A DNA stretch of 55,759 nt, taken from positions 1-55,759 of the forward strand of contig CALVJB010000004.1 in assembly GCA_944332025.1 (NCBI GenBank), written 5' to 3'. Positions 10,095-19,600 of this stretch are shown here, in pieces. The notes below the pieces were generated by a model. The model worked only from the letters and a program-made list of their open reading frames with translations. It ran no database searches and was not told the DNA's origin. Every line of letters begins with the position of its first letter. The stretch's first letter is position 1. The translations under genes and the position numbers were made by a program. Source of the DNA: an uncultured Bacilli bacterium (GTDB lineage Bacteria; Bacillota_I; Bacilli_A; RF39; UBA660).

Positions 10095-11714
10095 CTACTT
10101 TTCATTATATGTATCAGGTAAATCATTTTCAAATAAGGCATAGATTTCTTTCTTTGTTTTTATACCTCTTATAAAATTATATGCTTCTTTAACATCATTG
10201 TAAACAATTAAATTATCCATATTATATTTAGCTTCCCTTAATCCCTCTTTAATTGGTTTAGTTCTCTTCTCACCAATTAGAACTACATAGTCTGCTTTAG
10301 AAATAGTAGCGATTTGTTTACCAAACTCTTTATTAAGTTCTTCTTCTTTATCACCTAACTCTATCATACCTGGTGTTACTACTACTTTTAGTCCTGGCAT
10401 CATAGATAAAACTTCTAAGGCACTCTTAGCACCAACAGGATTTGAGTTATAAGCATCATCTATTTGATAGAAGTAACCCATTTTCTTAAGTTCTAGTCTA
10501 TGTTCTACTTGTTTAACATTTCTAACGGCTTGTTGTAGTTTAGGAATTGATATACCAAATTCACGTCCTAAAGCAAGTCCTGCTAGGATATTATAAACAT
10601 TATGATTTCCTAATAGTTTAGTTTCAAACTCATATTTTTTCTTATCTCCTTTAAAGGTTACATCAAAGGTAGTTCCAACACTAGAACATCTTATATTACT
10701 AGCATGAACATCTACATCTTTTTCGTCTATTCCTATCCAAAGTATTTTACATTTATTTTTTAAATCATAACTTACTTGCTTAGGATCATCTCTATTAAGT
10801 ACTCCTACTCCGTCAAGAGGTAATGATTCAATAAGTTCAAATTTAGTCTTTTGAATATTCTCTTCGCTACCAAAACTTTCTAAGTGAGCAGTTCCAATTC
10901 TTGTTAAGATACCATATTTAGGATGAACTAAATTACATAAATCTTTAATCTCTCCTCTAACATAAGCACCCATTTCAGCGATAAATACTTCTGTAAATTT
11001 ATCTAAGTGATTATTAATAGTAATGATTAATCCATAAGGAGTATTTAAATTACGTGGTGTTGGTAGCGTTGCATATTTAATATTTAATATATCTGCTAGA
11101 ATATTCTTACTACTTGTCTTACCATAACTACCTGTTACACCGATAACTTTTAAGTTAGGCATATTTTTTAACTTCTTAACAGCCATACTCTTGAAATGAT
11201 GATATACATATTTTTCTAAAGTATATTTGTTAATAAAGTTAGCAAGTAAGATTACAAATGTATTTAGATAGGCAAAAAGTATAAAGATAAAGATTAAGAA
11301 ATGACTAATTAATAGATTATCTTTATATATAATAATTAATACTGTTGGTATTAAATGTAATATTGTTGTAGTTGCAATTAATCTTTTAACTCTTGCAGTT
11401 ATTACTAAGGGTTTCTTTACTTGTTCATTCTTTAAATCTGTTCTAAATTTAATAGCATAAACTACATATAGAATAATTGCTATAATATTTAAGACTATAC
11501 TTATAGTATCATCATTAACTAAGAAGACATTAGCGGCTGCTACTATAAGTACTGCTAATAGTTCTAGTGAAAAGAAATTAGAACTATTATTAACAACCCA
11601 TTTAACATAACGGTTGTTTTCATTATATAAGTTTTGTTGTAACATATGTAAACTTTTTTTAGATTTGATGATAATTGCTATGATAGCAACTAAAATTAAA
11701 AGTATTTCAATCAT
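10095..11714 (-). CDS. murF: UDP-MurNAc-tripeptide--D-Ala-D-Ala ligase with N-terminal membrane helices
   Basis: GVTGSYGKTSSK, AEMGA, IDDAYNSNP and TPGMIELG motifs. Confidence 0.9.
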   Translation of the reverse strand: MIEILLILVAIIAIIIKSKKSLHMLQQNLYNENNRYVKWVVNNSSNFFSLELLAVLIVAAANVFLVNDDTISIVLNIIAIILYVVYAIKFRTDLKNEQVKKPLVITARVKRLIATTTILHLIPTVLIIIYKDNLLISHFLIFIFILFAYLNTFVILLANFINKYTLEKYVYHHFKSMAVKKLKNMPNLKVIGVTGSYGKTSSKNILADILNIKYATLPTPRNLNTPYGLIITINNHLDKFTEVFIAEMGAYVRGEIKDLCNLVHPKYGILTRIGTAHLESFGSEENIQKTKFELIESLPLDGVGVLNRDDPKQVSYDLKNKCKILWIGIDEKDVDVHASNIRCSSVGTTFDVTFKGDKKKYEFETKLLGNHNVYNILAGLALGREFGISIPKLQQAVRNVKQVEHRLELKKMGYFYQIDDAYNSNPVGAKSALEVLSMMPGLKVVVTPGMIELGDKEEELNKEFGKQIATISKADYVVLIGEKRTKPIKEGLREAKYNMDNLIVYNDVKEAYNFIRGIKTKKEIYALFENDLPDTYNEK

Positions 11715-11715
11715 T

Positions 11716-12444
11716 TTATCCCTCCATAAAATTATTTATAATATTTATTACCTGGTTTAAATTCTCAAGATAAGCATAATGCGTTCCAGGTAGAACAATT
11801 AAGGCTCCATCAGTAAGTAATTCTTCTAATAGTTTCGCTTCTTCAAGTGGAGCTGCTTCATCCATCTCTCCCCATACTAGAAGAGTTGGAGCAGTTATCT
11901 TTTTAGCATAATCAGATAAATCCTCATTAACTGTTTTAACTAAGATTTCTCTCATTCTTGGACTTGCATTTTTATAGTCTTCAGAGCCTATATAGTTTTT
12001 AGCAATCTCTGCAATTTTACCCATACCTGGTAATGTTTTTGCTTTCTTTAACATTTTCTCTTTTAGAGTTAGTCCTTTTTTAGTTCTAACACAAGGGGCC
12101 CCAAATAATACTACTCTATCAACTTCATATTTTGAAGCATAAACTATAGCAACTCTACCTCCAAAAGAATGTCCTATTAATGTAGGTTTCTTAATCTTTA
12201 ACTTTTTAACTAACTCATGGACTAGTTCGGCATAATCAGATACTGTCCAAACTTCATCAGGTTCAGCACTTTTTCCGTATCCTGGAAAGTCTAATATTGT
12301 AATATGATATTTACAAGATAGCGGATTACCAAGGGGTTCCATCATCTCAATATTTTGACCCCATCCATGTAGTAAAATAATATCCTTACCTTTAGCGTTA
12401 CCATATTGTATGTAATTTACTTTATCTAGGTTAATCTTTTCCAT
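11716..12444 (-). CDS. Alpha/beta hydrolase
   Basis: LLHGWG, DFPGYG, GHSFGG nucleophile elbow, WGEMD and H motifs. Confidence 0.92.
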   Translation of the reverse strand: MEKINLDKVNYIQYGNAKGKDIILLHGWGQNIEMMEPLGNPLSCKYHITILDFPGYGKSAEPDEVWTVSDYAELVHELVKKLKIKKPTLIGHSFGGRVAIVYASKYEVDRVVLFGAPCVRTKKGLTLKEKMLKKAKTLPGMGKIAEIAKNYIGSEDYKNASPRMREILVKTVNEDLSDYAKKITAPTLLVWGEMDEAAPLEEAKLLEELLTDGALIVLPGTHYAYLENLNQVINIINNFMEG

Positions 12445-12510
12445 ACTTCCTCCTATTAGAAGTATATCACAAAAAGAAAAAAGAGTCTTTATATTTTAAC
12501 TCTTTTTTAT

Positions 12511-12945
12511 TTATTTTGACTTTGATTTAACCATATCTTTTAAAAAGCTATGTACTTCTTCGGCAGTAAGTTCTCTATCTTTTTCTTCACTTACACTACT
12601 AAACATATCATCATGATAATATAATCCTAAAAAAGGAGCATCTTTATCTAAATAGTTTTCTTCATAATAGTTTAATTGAGCATCGCTTAAATTTTCTGGA
12701 ATTGTACAAATAATACTGTCATATACTTCATTATTAACTGTTTCTAGATAAATTATCATGTCTAAATATTTAGTAATTAATCCAGCATTAACCCATATTT
12801 TTATAAAGTCTCCTTTTACTTCTTCATTTTGTAATGGTTCTAAAAACTCTTCAAATAATTCATAGACAAGTTCATTATGTCCTGTTCTTTCATCCTCATT
12901 GCTATAAATGTTACCATCTTTATCAACTGCAACTACTCTTTGCAT
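12511..12945 (-). CDS. Hypothetical protein
   Basis: 144-aa ORF between two junction modules. Confidence 0.65.
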   Translation of the reverse strand: MQRVVAVDKDGNIYSNEDERTGHNELVYELFEEFLEPLQNEEVKGDFIKIWVNAGLITKYLDMIIYLETVNNEVYDSIICTIPENLSDAQLNYYEENYLDKDAPFLGLYYHDDMFSSVSEEKDRELTAEEVHSFLKDMVKSKSK

Positions 12946-13012
12946 TATAAAACCTTCTTTCTTATTAATGATATCATAGAAAAAGAAAAAAGAGTCTTAT
13001 TTCAACTCTTCT

Positions 13013-13867
13013 TTACAGTCTTTTTGTTTTTTGATAATATGCACCTTCAAAGTGTCTACCATCTTTTTCTTTTGGACCTTCACCATTATTATAAACACTA
13101 TGAGAATAATAATTTGGATTAGTTCTAGTGTTATCAGTATTTATAATATATGTTTCATATTCCTCTGGAGGAAGCTGATAAAGTAATGCGTTATCCATAT
13201 TAATCCTAAAATCATTAGCAGATACTTGTTTAACTGCCTCTGTTTTTTTCCAGAAACTTTCAGAGGCAAAATCAGGATATCTATCATAAGGCCAATCTTT
13301 TCCTGCATGAGCCCCTATATAAATGAAAATATCTTCTTTTTTACTGTTATACATACTTTGTAATGATTCTATAGTCATTTTAGGTAAATAATTATCAATC
13401 ATTGCAGCACTACAATGAGCAGTGGCAGTTACACCGTTTTTTAAGTCACTTGCTACAACAACAGGACAATCTGCAACTGGGAAGCCAACTACTACTCCTG
13501 GAACTTTATCTGTTGTAATTAGAATATCAGCTTCTATATCTAAATCCCAACCGTCTTCGTAAGCTTCTACCATGTCTCTTGTAAGTTCTACTGCTTTGCC
13601 TTTACCATCTTGTTTTGGTATATAAAATTTATATGGGTCAAAAGCATAGTTATTATCTGCGGCAACCTTTTTACGGCATTCTAAAAAGATAGCTTTTCTC
13701 TCATCAAAAGACATTCCATCTTCATAAAAGAGAGCATTAGTTGTCATAATCCCATATTTATTACCGGTGTTTAAGATACGTAGATTTTTAAAGCTAGCCG
13801 GTCCTTGTTTATAAATAGCATAATGTCCTTTTTTTAGAATATTTTCTCTAATATTTAAATTTTCCAT
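13013..13867 (-). CDS. YfiH/PgeF (laccase-domain) family protein, divergent
   Basis: ADILIT, VADCPVV, TAHC, YIGAH and YYSH motifs follow the YfiH order. Confidence 0.75.
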   Translation of the reverse strand: MENLNIRENILKKGHYAIYKQGPASFKNLRILNTGNKYGIMTTNALFYEDGMSFDERKAIFLECRKKVAADNNYAFDPYKFYIPKQDGKGKAVELTRDMVEAYEDGWDLDIEADILITTDKVPGVVVGFPVADCPVVVASDLKNGVTATAHCSAAMIDNYLPKMTIESLQSMYNSKKEDIFIYIGAHAGKDWPYDRYPDFASESFWKKTEAVKQVSANDFRINMDNALLYQLPPEEYETYIINTDNTRTNPNYYSHSVYNNGEGPKEKDGRHFEGAYYQKTKRL

Positions 13868-13928
13868 GTATTTCCTTCTTTCAATAAGTATTCTTTATAC
13901 TGTATGTATTGATTTAGTAAATATGCTA

Positions 13929-14849
13929 CTATCTAATTCTTTTGTTATTTTTAGGGAACAACACATTAAATCCTTCTAATTCAGAGTTATTAACTCTATA
14001 ATTTTCATTATCAAAAATAATATTGTGGTAATAATTAATATCATTATTTTGGAATAATTTATTATCTTTTAAAGGAATACTTGCTTTATAAAAAGCCTCT
14101 CCATATTTTTTAGCATTGTCTTTTGTTAATTCAATATATCCATCTTTCATTATGGTTTTAGCAAAGTCTATGTCTGTTATAAAATATCCTGGATCTGGAG
14201 CTACTTTTAAATTAGTATTTTCTTCTTCTGTGTAATATCTTCCTTCATTACACCGCATAGTTGAAAAGAACTGACGATAGGTTGAGTCTATCAAATATGT
14301 TTTATCTATTACTCTACCATTATCTTGATAAGGAAAAGTAACTGTTCCAAATACATGATTAAATGGATAATTAAAACAGGCAGTTGCACTATTTTTAGTA
14401 ACTTCTATTCCTAAATTTTCTAAAGGCATAATTGTTAGTGCTTGACCAAGTTCACATAAACCATTTAAAGAATTTGTTTTTACATTAATACCTAAGTTCT
14501 CAAAAGACTTTCTAGCATTTTCAACACTATAGTCTAATAGTATCTTAATTTCTTCCTCTGTTAGTCCTTCTTTAAATCCATTATTTTTTATTTCATTGTA
14601 GTGATTTAAAGCTATTTCTAATTTTTTATTATCTATCCTTTTTCTTTCTGGTTCTTGATAAATTATATAACTTTCATTTTCTCCAATTAAATATAGATTA
14701 TAAGCTTCATCTAATTTAATATTAAGTTTTTCACTTAGTTTATAATATCTAGTCCATAAAGTTGATAATAATTGATGTTTTTTATCATTATCTAAATCTT
14801 CATTATAAACTTCCATAATTGTATTTAATATTTCTTTTAGTGTTTCCAT
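13929..14849 (-). CDS. Hypothetical protein with a putative papain/transglutaminase-like Cys-His-Asp triad
   Basis: GLCE, NHVF and YLIDSTYRQFF in triad order. Confidence 0.55.
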   Translation of the reverse strand: METLKEILNTIMEVYNEDLDNDKKHQLLSTLWTRYYKLSEKLNIKLDEAYNLYLIGENESYIIYQEPERKRIDNKKLEIALNHYNEIKNNGFKEGLTEEEIKILLDYSVENARKSFENLGINVKTNSLNGLCELGQALTIMPLENLGIEVTKNSATACFNYPFNHVFGTVTFPYQDNGRVIDKTYLIDSTYRQFFSTMRCNEGRYYTEEENTNLKVAPDPGYFITDIDFAKTIMKDGYIELTKDNAKKYGEAFYKASIPLKDNKLFQNNDINYYHNIIFDNENYRVNNSELEGFNVLFPKNNKRIR

Positions 14850-14920
14850 AGCATACCTCTTTGTAAATATCTTTCATATTATGATAATAACACAAAAAGA
14901 AAAAAGAGTCTATTTCGACT

Positions 14921-15799
14921 CTATCTTCTTCTAGCAGAACCATAACTATAAACTTTAATATCTTTATTTGCATATGGTTCTTTAGTTTCTTCTAGTAAAG
15001 CAACACCATGCATATAACTACCATTTTGACTATCGTCATGTAAGTATGTACCAGTTTCAGGATCAATTATAAACTTTCCTGGATGAGCTAAATCTGGAAC
15101 CATTCTTGTTCTTTGCAAAGATGGATAAAGGAAATTACCATTAGTATCTGTTGTATAGAAAGAATCTTCACCCCAATTAATATTCTCTTCTTTAATACCG
15201 CTTTCAAGCAATTGTTTTTTTATTGCTTTTAATTGATTAAGATATAAAATGTTTGTGTTTTTATCTCTACGTAATGCTTCATCCCATACTTTTCCATTAT
15301 TTACATATCCTGGTGTAAAGTTTTTATCATTTGGATTAAATAAAGGCAATTCATGAGCGAAAGGTGATACATCAACAATTATATCTTCTGGATTACCACC
15401 AGTAATTTCTGCTATGCTTTTTGGTACTTCAGCATCAATATGAGTACCAGGACAGAAAGTTGAAGTAGCTTCCATAGTTTTAGTGTTCATAGCGACTATA
15501 TTAGCACCATCGTAAATATTAAAACCAATTGCTATTCCAGGTGTATTAGGTGTAACTTTTGGTGTATCAGCATATACATCATAATCATATAAGTTTGCAT
15601 AATTAGATAAATCTTCAGGAGTTAAAACATAAACTGAACCTCTATCCTTAGCTTCTTTTGGTTGTAAAGCCATAAATAGACGATTTAAGTCAAACCCTAC
15701 TTCTTCAGCAATTTTTAATCTGTTAGCTTTTCCTGCTCCTCCTTTAGTATTACCATAAGTATTATTAGTATTAAATACTACAAATTTTAAATTTTCCAT
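14921..15799 (-). CDS. Degenerate YfiH-like paralog
   Basis: YADTPKVT, PGIAIGF..YDG, DIIVDVSP and QLLESGIKEENI motifs; the catalytic DC is replaced by DG. Confidence 0.6.
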   Translation of the reverse strand: MENLKFVVFNTNNTYGNTKGGAGKANRLKIAEEVGFDLNRLFMALQPKEAKDRGSVYVLTPEDLSNYANLYDYDVYADTPKVTPNTPGIAIGFNIYDGANIVAMNTKTMEATSTFCPGTHIDAEVPKSIAEITGGNPEDIIVDVSPFAHELPLFNPNDKNFTPGYVNNGKVWDEALRRDKNTNILYLNQLKAIKKQLLESGIKEENINWGEDSFYTTDTNGNFLYPSLQRTRMVPDLAHPGKFIIDPETGTYLHDDSQNGSYMHGVALLEETKEPYANKDIKVYSYGSARRR

Positions 15800-15859
15800 T
15801 CTTTATTCCCCCTTCATTGAATGTAGCCATATTATATCACTTTTTTGTTACTTTGTCAA
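15788..15859 (-). promoter_or_regulatory. Consensus sigma-A promoter, RBS and first four codons; copy 1 of a duplicated block
   Basis: TTGACA, 17 bp, TGaTATAAT; gaaggggga; ATGGAAAATTTA. Confidence 0.85.
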
Positions 15860-15938
15860 ATTTTATACTAACAAAAATGATATATGTATTCATTTTACAT
15901 ATATCATTATTATTTTTGATTAATATAGAGAACTTAAT

Positions 15939-16586
15939 TTATTTTCTTTTTGAAATTTCATCAGTAACTTCATTAGCTTCTTGTAATGAATTAGCTACTA
16001 AAGTTTGTACTCCATATGGCATTTGTCCTAATCTATTAATTTTTTGTAGGCTTTCTTTTTCCTTCTTATTTTGTGAAGCATAACTCTCATATTCTTCTAC
16101 CATCATTGAAGGACTTTCAAAGGCACCTTCTAATATAGCACCATGCCCAAATTCATTTTTAGCTTCTCTTAATAATCTTTTTGTCCAGTATTCATCACCC
16201 ATACCTAATGAACTATCATAATTTTCCTTAAAGTTAAAATATGTAGCAATATCTTTATCAGGCATTATTTGTTCTTTTTCTTTACTAGATAAAAGTGGTA
16301 AATCTTCAACTGTTAGGTCTCTAACAGGTACTTGTTCCATATCTTTAATAGATGTAAATACATCCATAATATTATCAGTTTTCTTATTTGTTTCAAGATA
16401 TGGACTAGCTAAATCAAGAGATACGTTACCTCCATTAAGTTCTACAGAACATACTGAAGATGTCAAACCGCTATACATAATAGTGAAAGCATCCTCTTTA
16501 CTAGTGTAAATTGGTCTAAAACCAATTCTTGATAATGTGATCATATCATTATTATATTTTTGTTCATTCAATTCTAAATTTTCCAT
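15939..16586 (-). CDS. Hypothetical protein
   Basis: 215-aa ORF with its own promoter and a downstream hairpin. Confidence 0.7.
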   Translation of the reverse strand: MENLELNEQKYNNDMITLSRIGFRPIYTSKEDAFTIMYSGLTSSVCSVELNGGNVSLDLASPYLETNKKTDNIMDVFTSIKDMEQVPVRDLTVEDLPLLSSKEKEQIMPDKDIATYFNFKENYDSSLGMGDEYWTKRLLREAKNEFGHGAILEGAFESPSMMVEEYESYASQNKKEKESLQKINRLGQMPYGVQTLVANSLQEANEVTDEISKRK

Positions 16587-16645
16587 TATTATTCCCCCTT
16601 CATTGAATGTAGCTGTATTATATCACTTCTTTCTTACTTTGTCAA
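16575..16645 (-). promoter_or_regulatory. Copy 2 of the promoter/RBS/start block
   Basis: Aligns to 15788-15859 with one indel and about five substitutions. Confidence 0.85.
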
Positions 16646-19600
16646 CTAAAACAGGCTTAACTGATTAGAATCAGGTAATTCGTTAAGGATTCCCATCTCA
16701 GTCATTTTATCTGTTAGTGTCTTTGATACTTTACCACGTTTTTGTAAATCTTCTTTACTTAGGAAAGGTCCGTTTTCACGTGCTTCCACGATGGTTTTTG
16801 CAACTGTTAAACCTAGGCCATCGATAGTTTTAAATGGTGGTATTAAAGTATTTTCACGTTCGGTATCAACAACAAATCTTGTCGCATCACTTTTCTCTAA
16901 AGAAATAGGTGCGAATTTAATACCACGTGCTGTCGCTTCTAGGGCAACATGAAGGGAATCTATGATATTAGACTCTTTATTAGTAACTTCAAAGCCTTTA
17001 GCCATTAAGTCTTCATATCTCGTTTTAATAGCATTATAACCTTTTATCATAGTTTCTATATCATAATCATCTACTCTAATTGAGAAGAAGGCTGCATAGT
17101 AGAATAGTGGTTTATAAACTTTAAACCAAGCGATTCTAATAGCACTCATAACATAGGCACAAGCATGGGCTTTTGGGAACATGTATTTTATTTTATGACA
17201 TGACTCGATATACCATTCTGGAACGTTAGCAGCTTTCATTTCTTCGACCATACCCTTCCATGTTTCAGGGTCTTTAGTCGCCTTACCTTTTCTAACATGT
17301 TCCATTATTTTAAAGGCTCTAATAGGTTTCATGCCCCAGTTCATTAGGTTAACCATGATATCATCACGACATCCTATAACATCTTTAAAAGGAACAATAT
17401 TATTTCTAATTAATTCACTAGCATTTCCTGCCCAAACATCAGTACCGTGTGATAGTCCTGATATTTTAACTAGTTCAGCGAAAGTACTTGGTTTTGTCTC
17501 TACTAACATTTGAATAACAAAACGAGTTCCAAGTTCAGGTAGTCCTAATGTTCCAGTAGGACAAAGAATCTCATCTTCTGTTACTCCTAAGGCTTCAGGA
17601 CTAGAAAGAATTGAGAATATCTTTTTATCATCCATTGGTAGTGTTGTAATATCTATACCAGATAAATCTTGTAACATTCTAAGGACTGTAGGATCATCGT
17701 GACCTAGTATATCTAGTTTTAAAACGTCTTGATCGATGGCATGGTAATCAAAGTGAGTTGTTCGCCAAAGTGATGTATTATCATCTGCAGGATACTGGAA
17801 TGGTGTAAAATCAAAGACATCCATGTATCCTGGTATTACAACGATACCTCCAGGATGTTGCCCTGTTGTTCTTTTAACACCAGTACATCCTTTGGCAAGA
17901 CGCTCAATCTCTGTACTTCTTTTACCAACAATTCCATGTTCTTCAAAGTAACCTCTAACATAACCGTAAGCGGTCTTTTCTGCTACTGTACCGATTGTTC
18001 CTGCTCTATATACATTATCAACTCCGAATAGTACTTTAGTATATTCATGAGCTTTCCATTGATATTCTCCTGAGAAGTTAAGGTCGATATCGGGAACTTT
18101 ATCGGCATTGAAACCTAAGAAGGTTGCAAATGGCATGTCTTGTCCTTCTTTACCTAGAGGCTCGCCACATTTAGGACAAGTCTTATCTTTTAAGTCATAT
18201 CCTGATGGATAATCTTTTCCATAAGGGATGCCCTCTTCATTAATAAATTCTGAATACTTACAGTCTTTATTACGACATAGATAGTGGGCTGGAAGAGGAT
18301 TTACTTCCGTTATTCCCATCATGGTAGCGACGAATGATGAACCAACAGAACCACGGGAACCAACGATATAACCATCATCATTAGAATGCTTAACTAACTT
18401 TTGAGCGATTAAGTAAATAACATCGAAGCCTCCACCTATTACACCACCTAAGTTCTTTTTAAGAGTTTTTTCTAAGTCTTCATCTGTTATTTCAGGGTCA
18501 GTTATTTTAAGATTTTCTTTTATTACTTTCTTTACTTCATCAAAGCCTTTTAAAAGAGTACTATGTAAATTAGAGAATAATTTCTTCTTAAACTCATCTT
18601 CACTTAGATTAGGTTCTTCTCTTTTTAACTTAGCTTCTACGGCTTTAAAAACTCCATCTCCATATAACTCTGTACTAATTCTCTCTTCAATATTATAAGG
18701 AAGTGGTTCTCCATACATATCACTAGCTTTTGTAAAGACTAAGTCAGTAACTGTTTCTACACTTTTATCAATTTTAGGAGAGAAAGGTATTCCTCCTGTT
18801 TCAATAATAACTTCTATAATCTCTGTCATATCAGCGATTTTATTAGGATTATCTATAACTATTAGTTTTCTTGTTTCTTCATCTAAGAATGAGAAGTCTT
18901 CTAACATCTCTGTTGTTGTTCTAAAGTGATTTGATGGAATATTTTTAATACCCCCTCTTGCTAGGGGATGACGTCCTCCGCCTGGTACTTTTTGATTAAC
19001 AATTATTTCTCTATATATTTTATCTTCTCTTGTTAAGTGATGAACATCTCCTGTTGCCACAATTAATTTACCGGCATCAATAGTTGTATTAATTATTTTA
19101 TTGATATTACTAATTACTTCACCTTCATTGGCAAAGTCACCTGTTTCTACTAAGTGAGAATAACATTCAGGTGGTTGTACTTCTACATAGTCATAGAATC
19201 TAATGATATTAGATAGTTCTTCTTCACTCTTACTAGAAGCCTGTTTAAAGACTTCACTTTCATAACAACCACTACCAATTAAAAGTCCTTCTCTATATTC
19301 ATTAATAACACTTCTTGGTATTCTTGGAGTCTTATATAGATAAGTTGTATTGGCAAAAGATACTATTTTAAATAGATTCTTTAGTCCTTTCTTATTTAGA
19401 GCGATGATATTGATATGATTAGTATTACCATATTTATACATCTCTTTAGAATCTACTATATTTGAAAGTTGTTCCATTGTTTCTATATTTCTACTATCTA
19501 GTTTCTCTAACATCTTATATAGAACTAATGCAGTACCTTCAGCATCATAATCTCCTCTATGATGACTCTCTTCATCCCATGGAACATTATATCTTTTAAC

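Larger units (their letters stand above)
12468..14911. repeat. Dispersed terminator/promoter junction module, three copies
   Basis: cacaaaaagaaaaaagagtct is identical at 12468-12488 and 14891-14911; an 18-bp core is at 12980-12997; each copy continues to a closing actct arm. Confidence 0.75.

Noticed and set aside
12445-16645. True integron with attC sites
   Set aside because: No integrase and no GTTRRRY/RYYYAAC ends; the repeats are terminator and promoter sequence
18449-18665. Intein in PolC
   Set aside because: No N-terminal Cys/Ser block or C-terminal His-Asn, and it is too short
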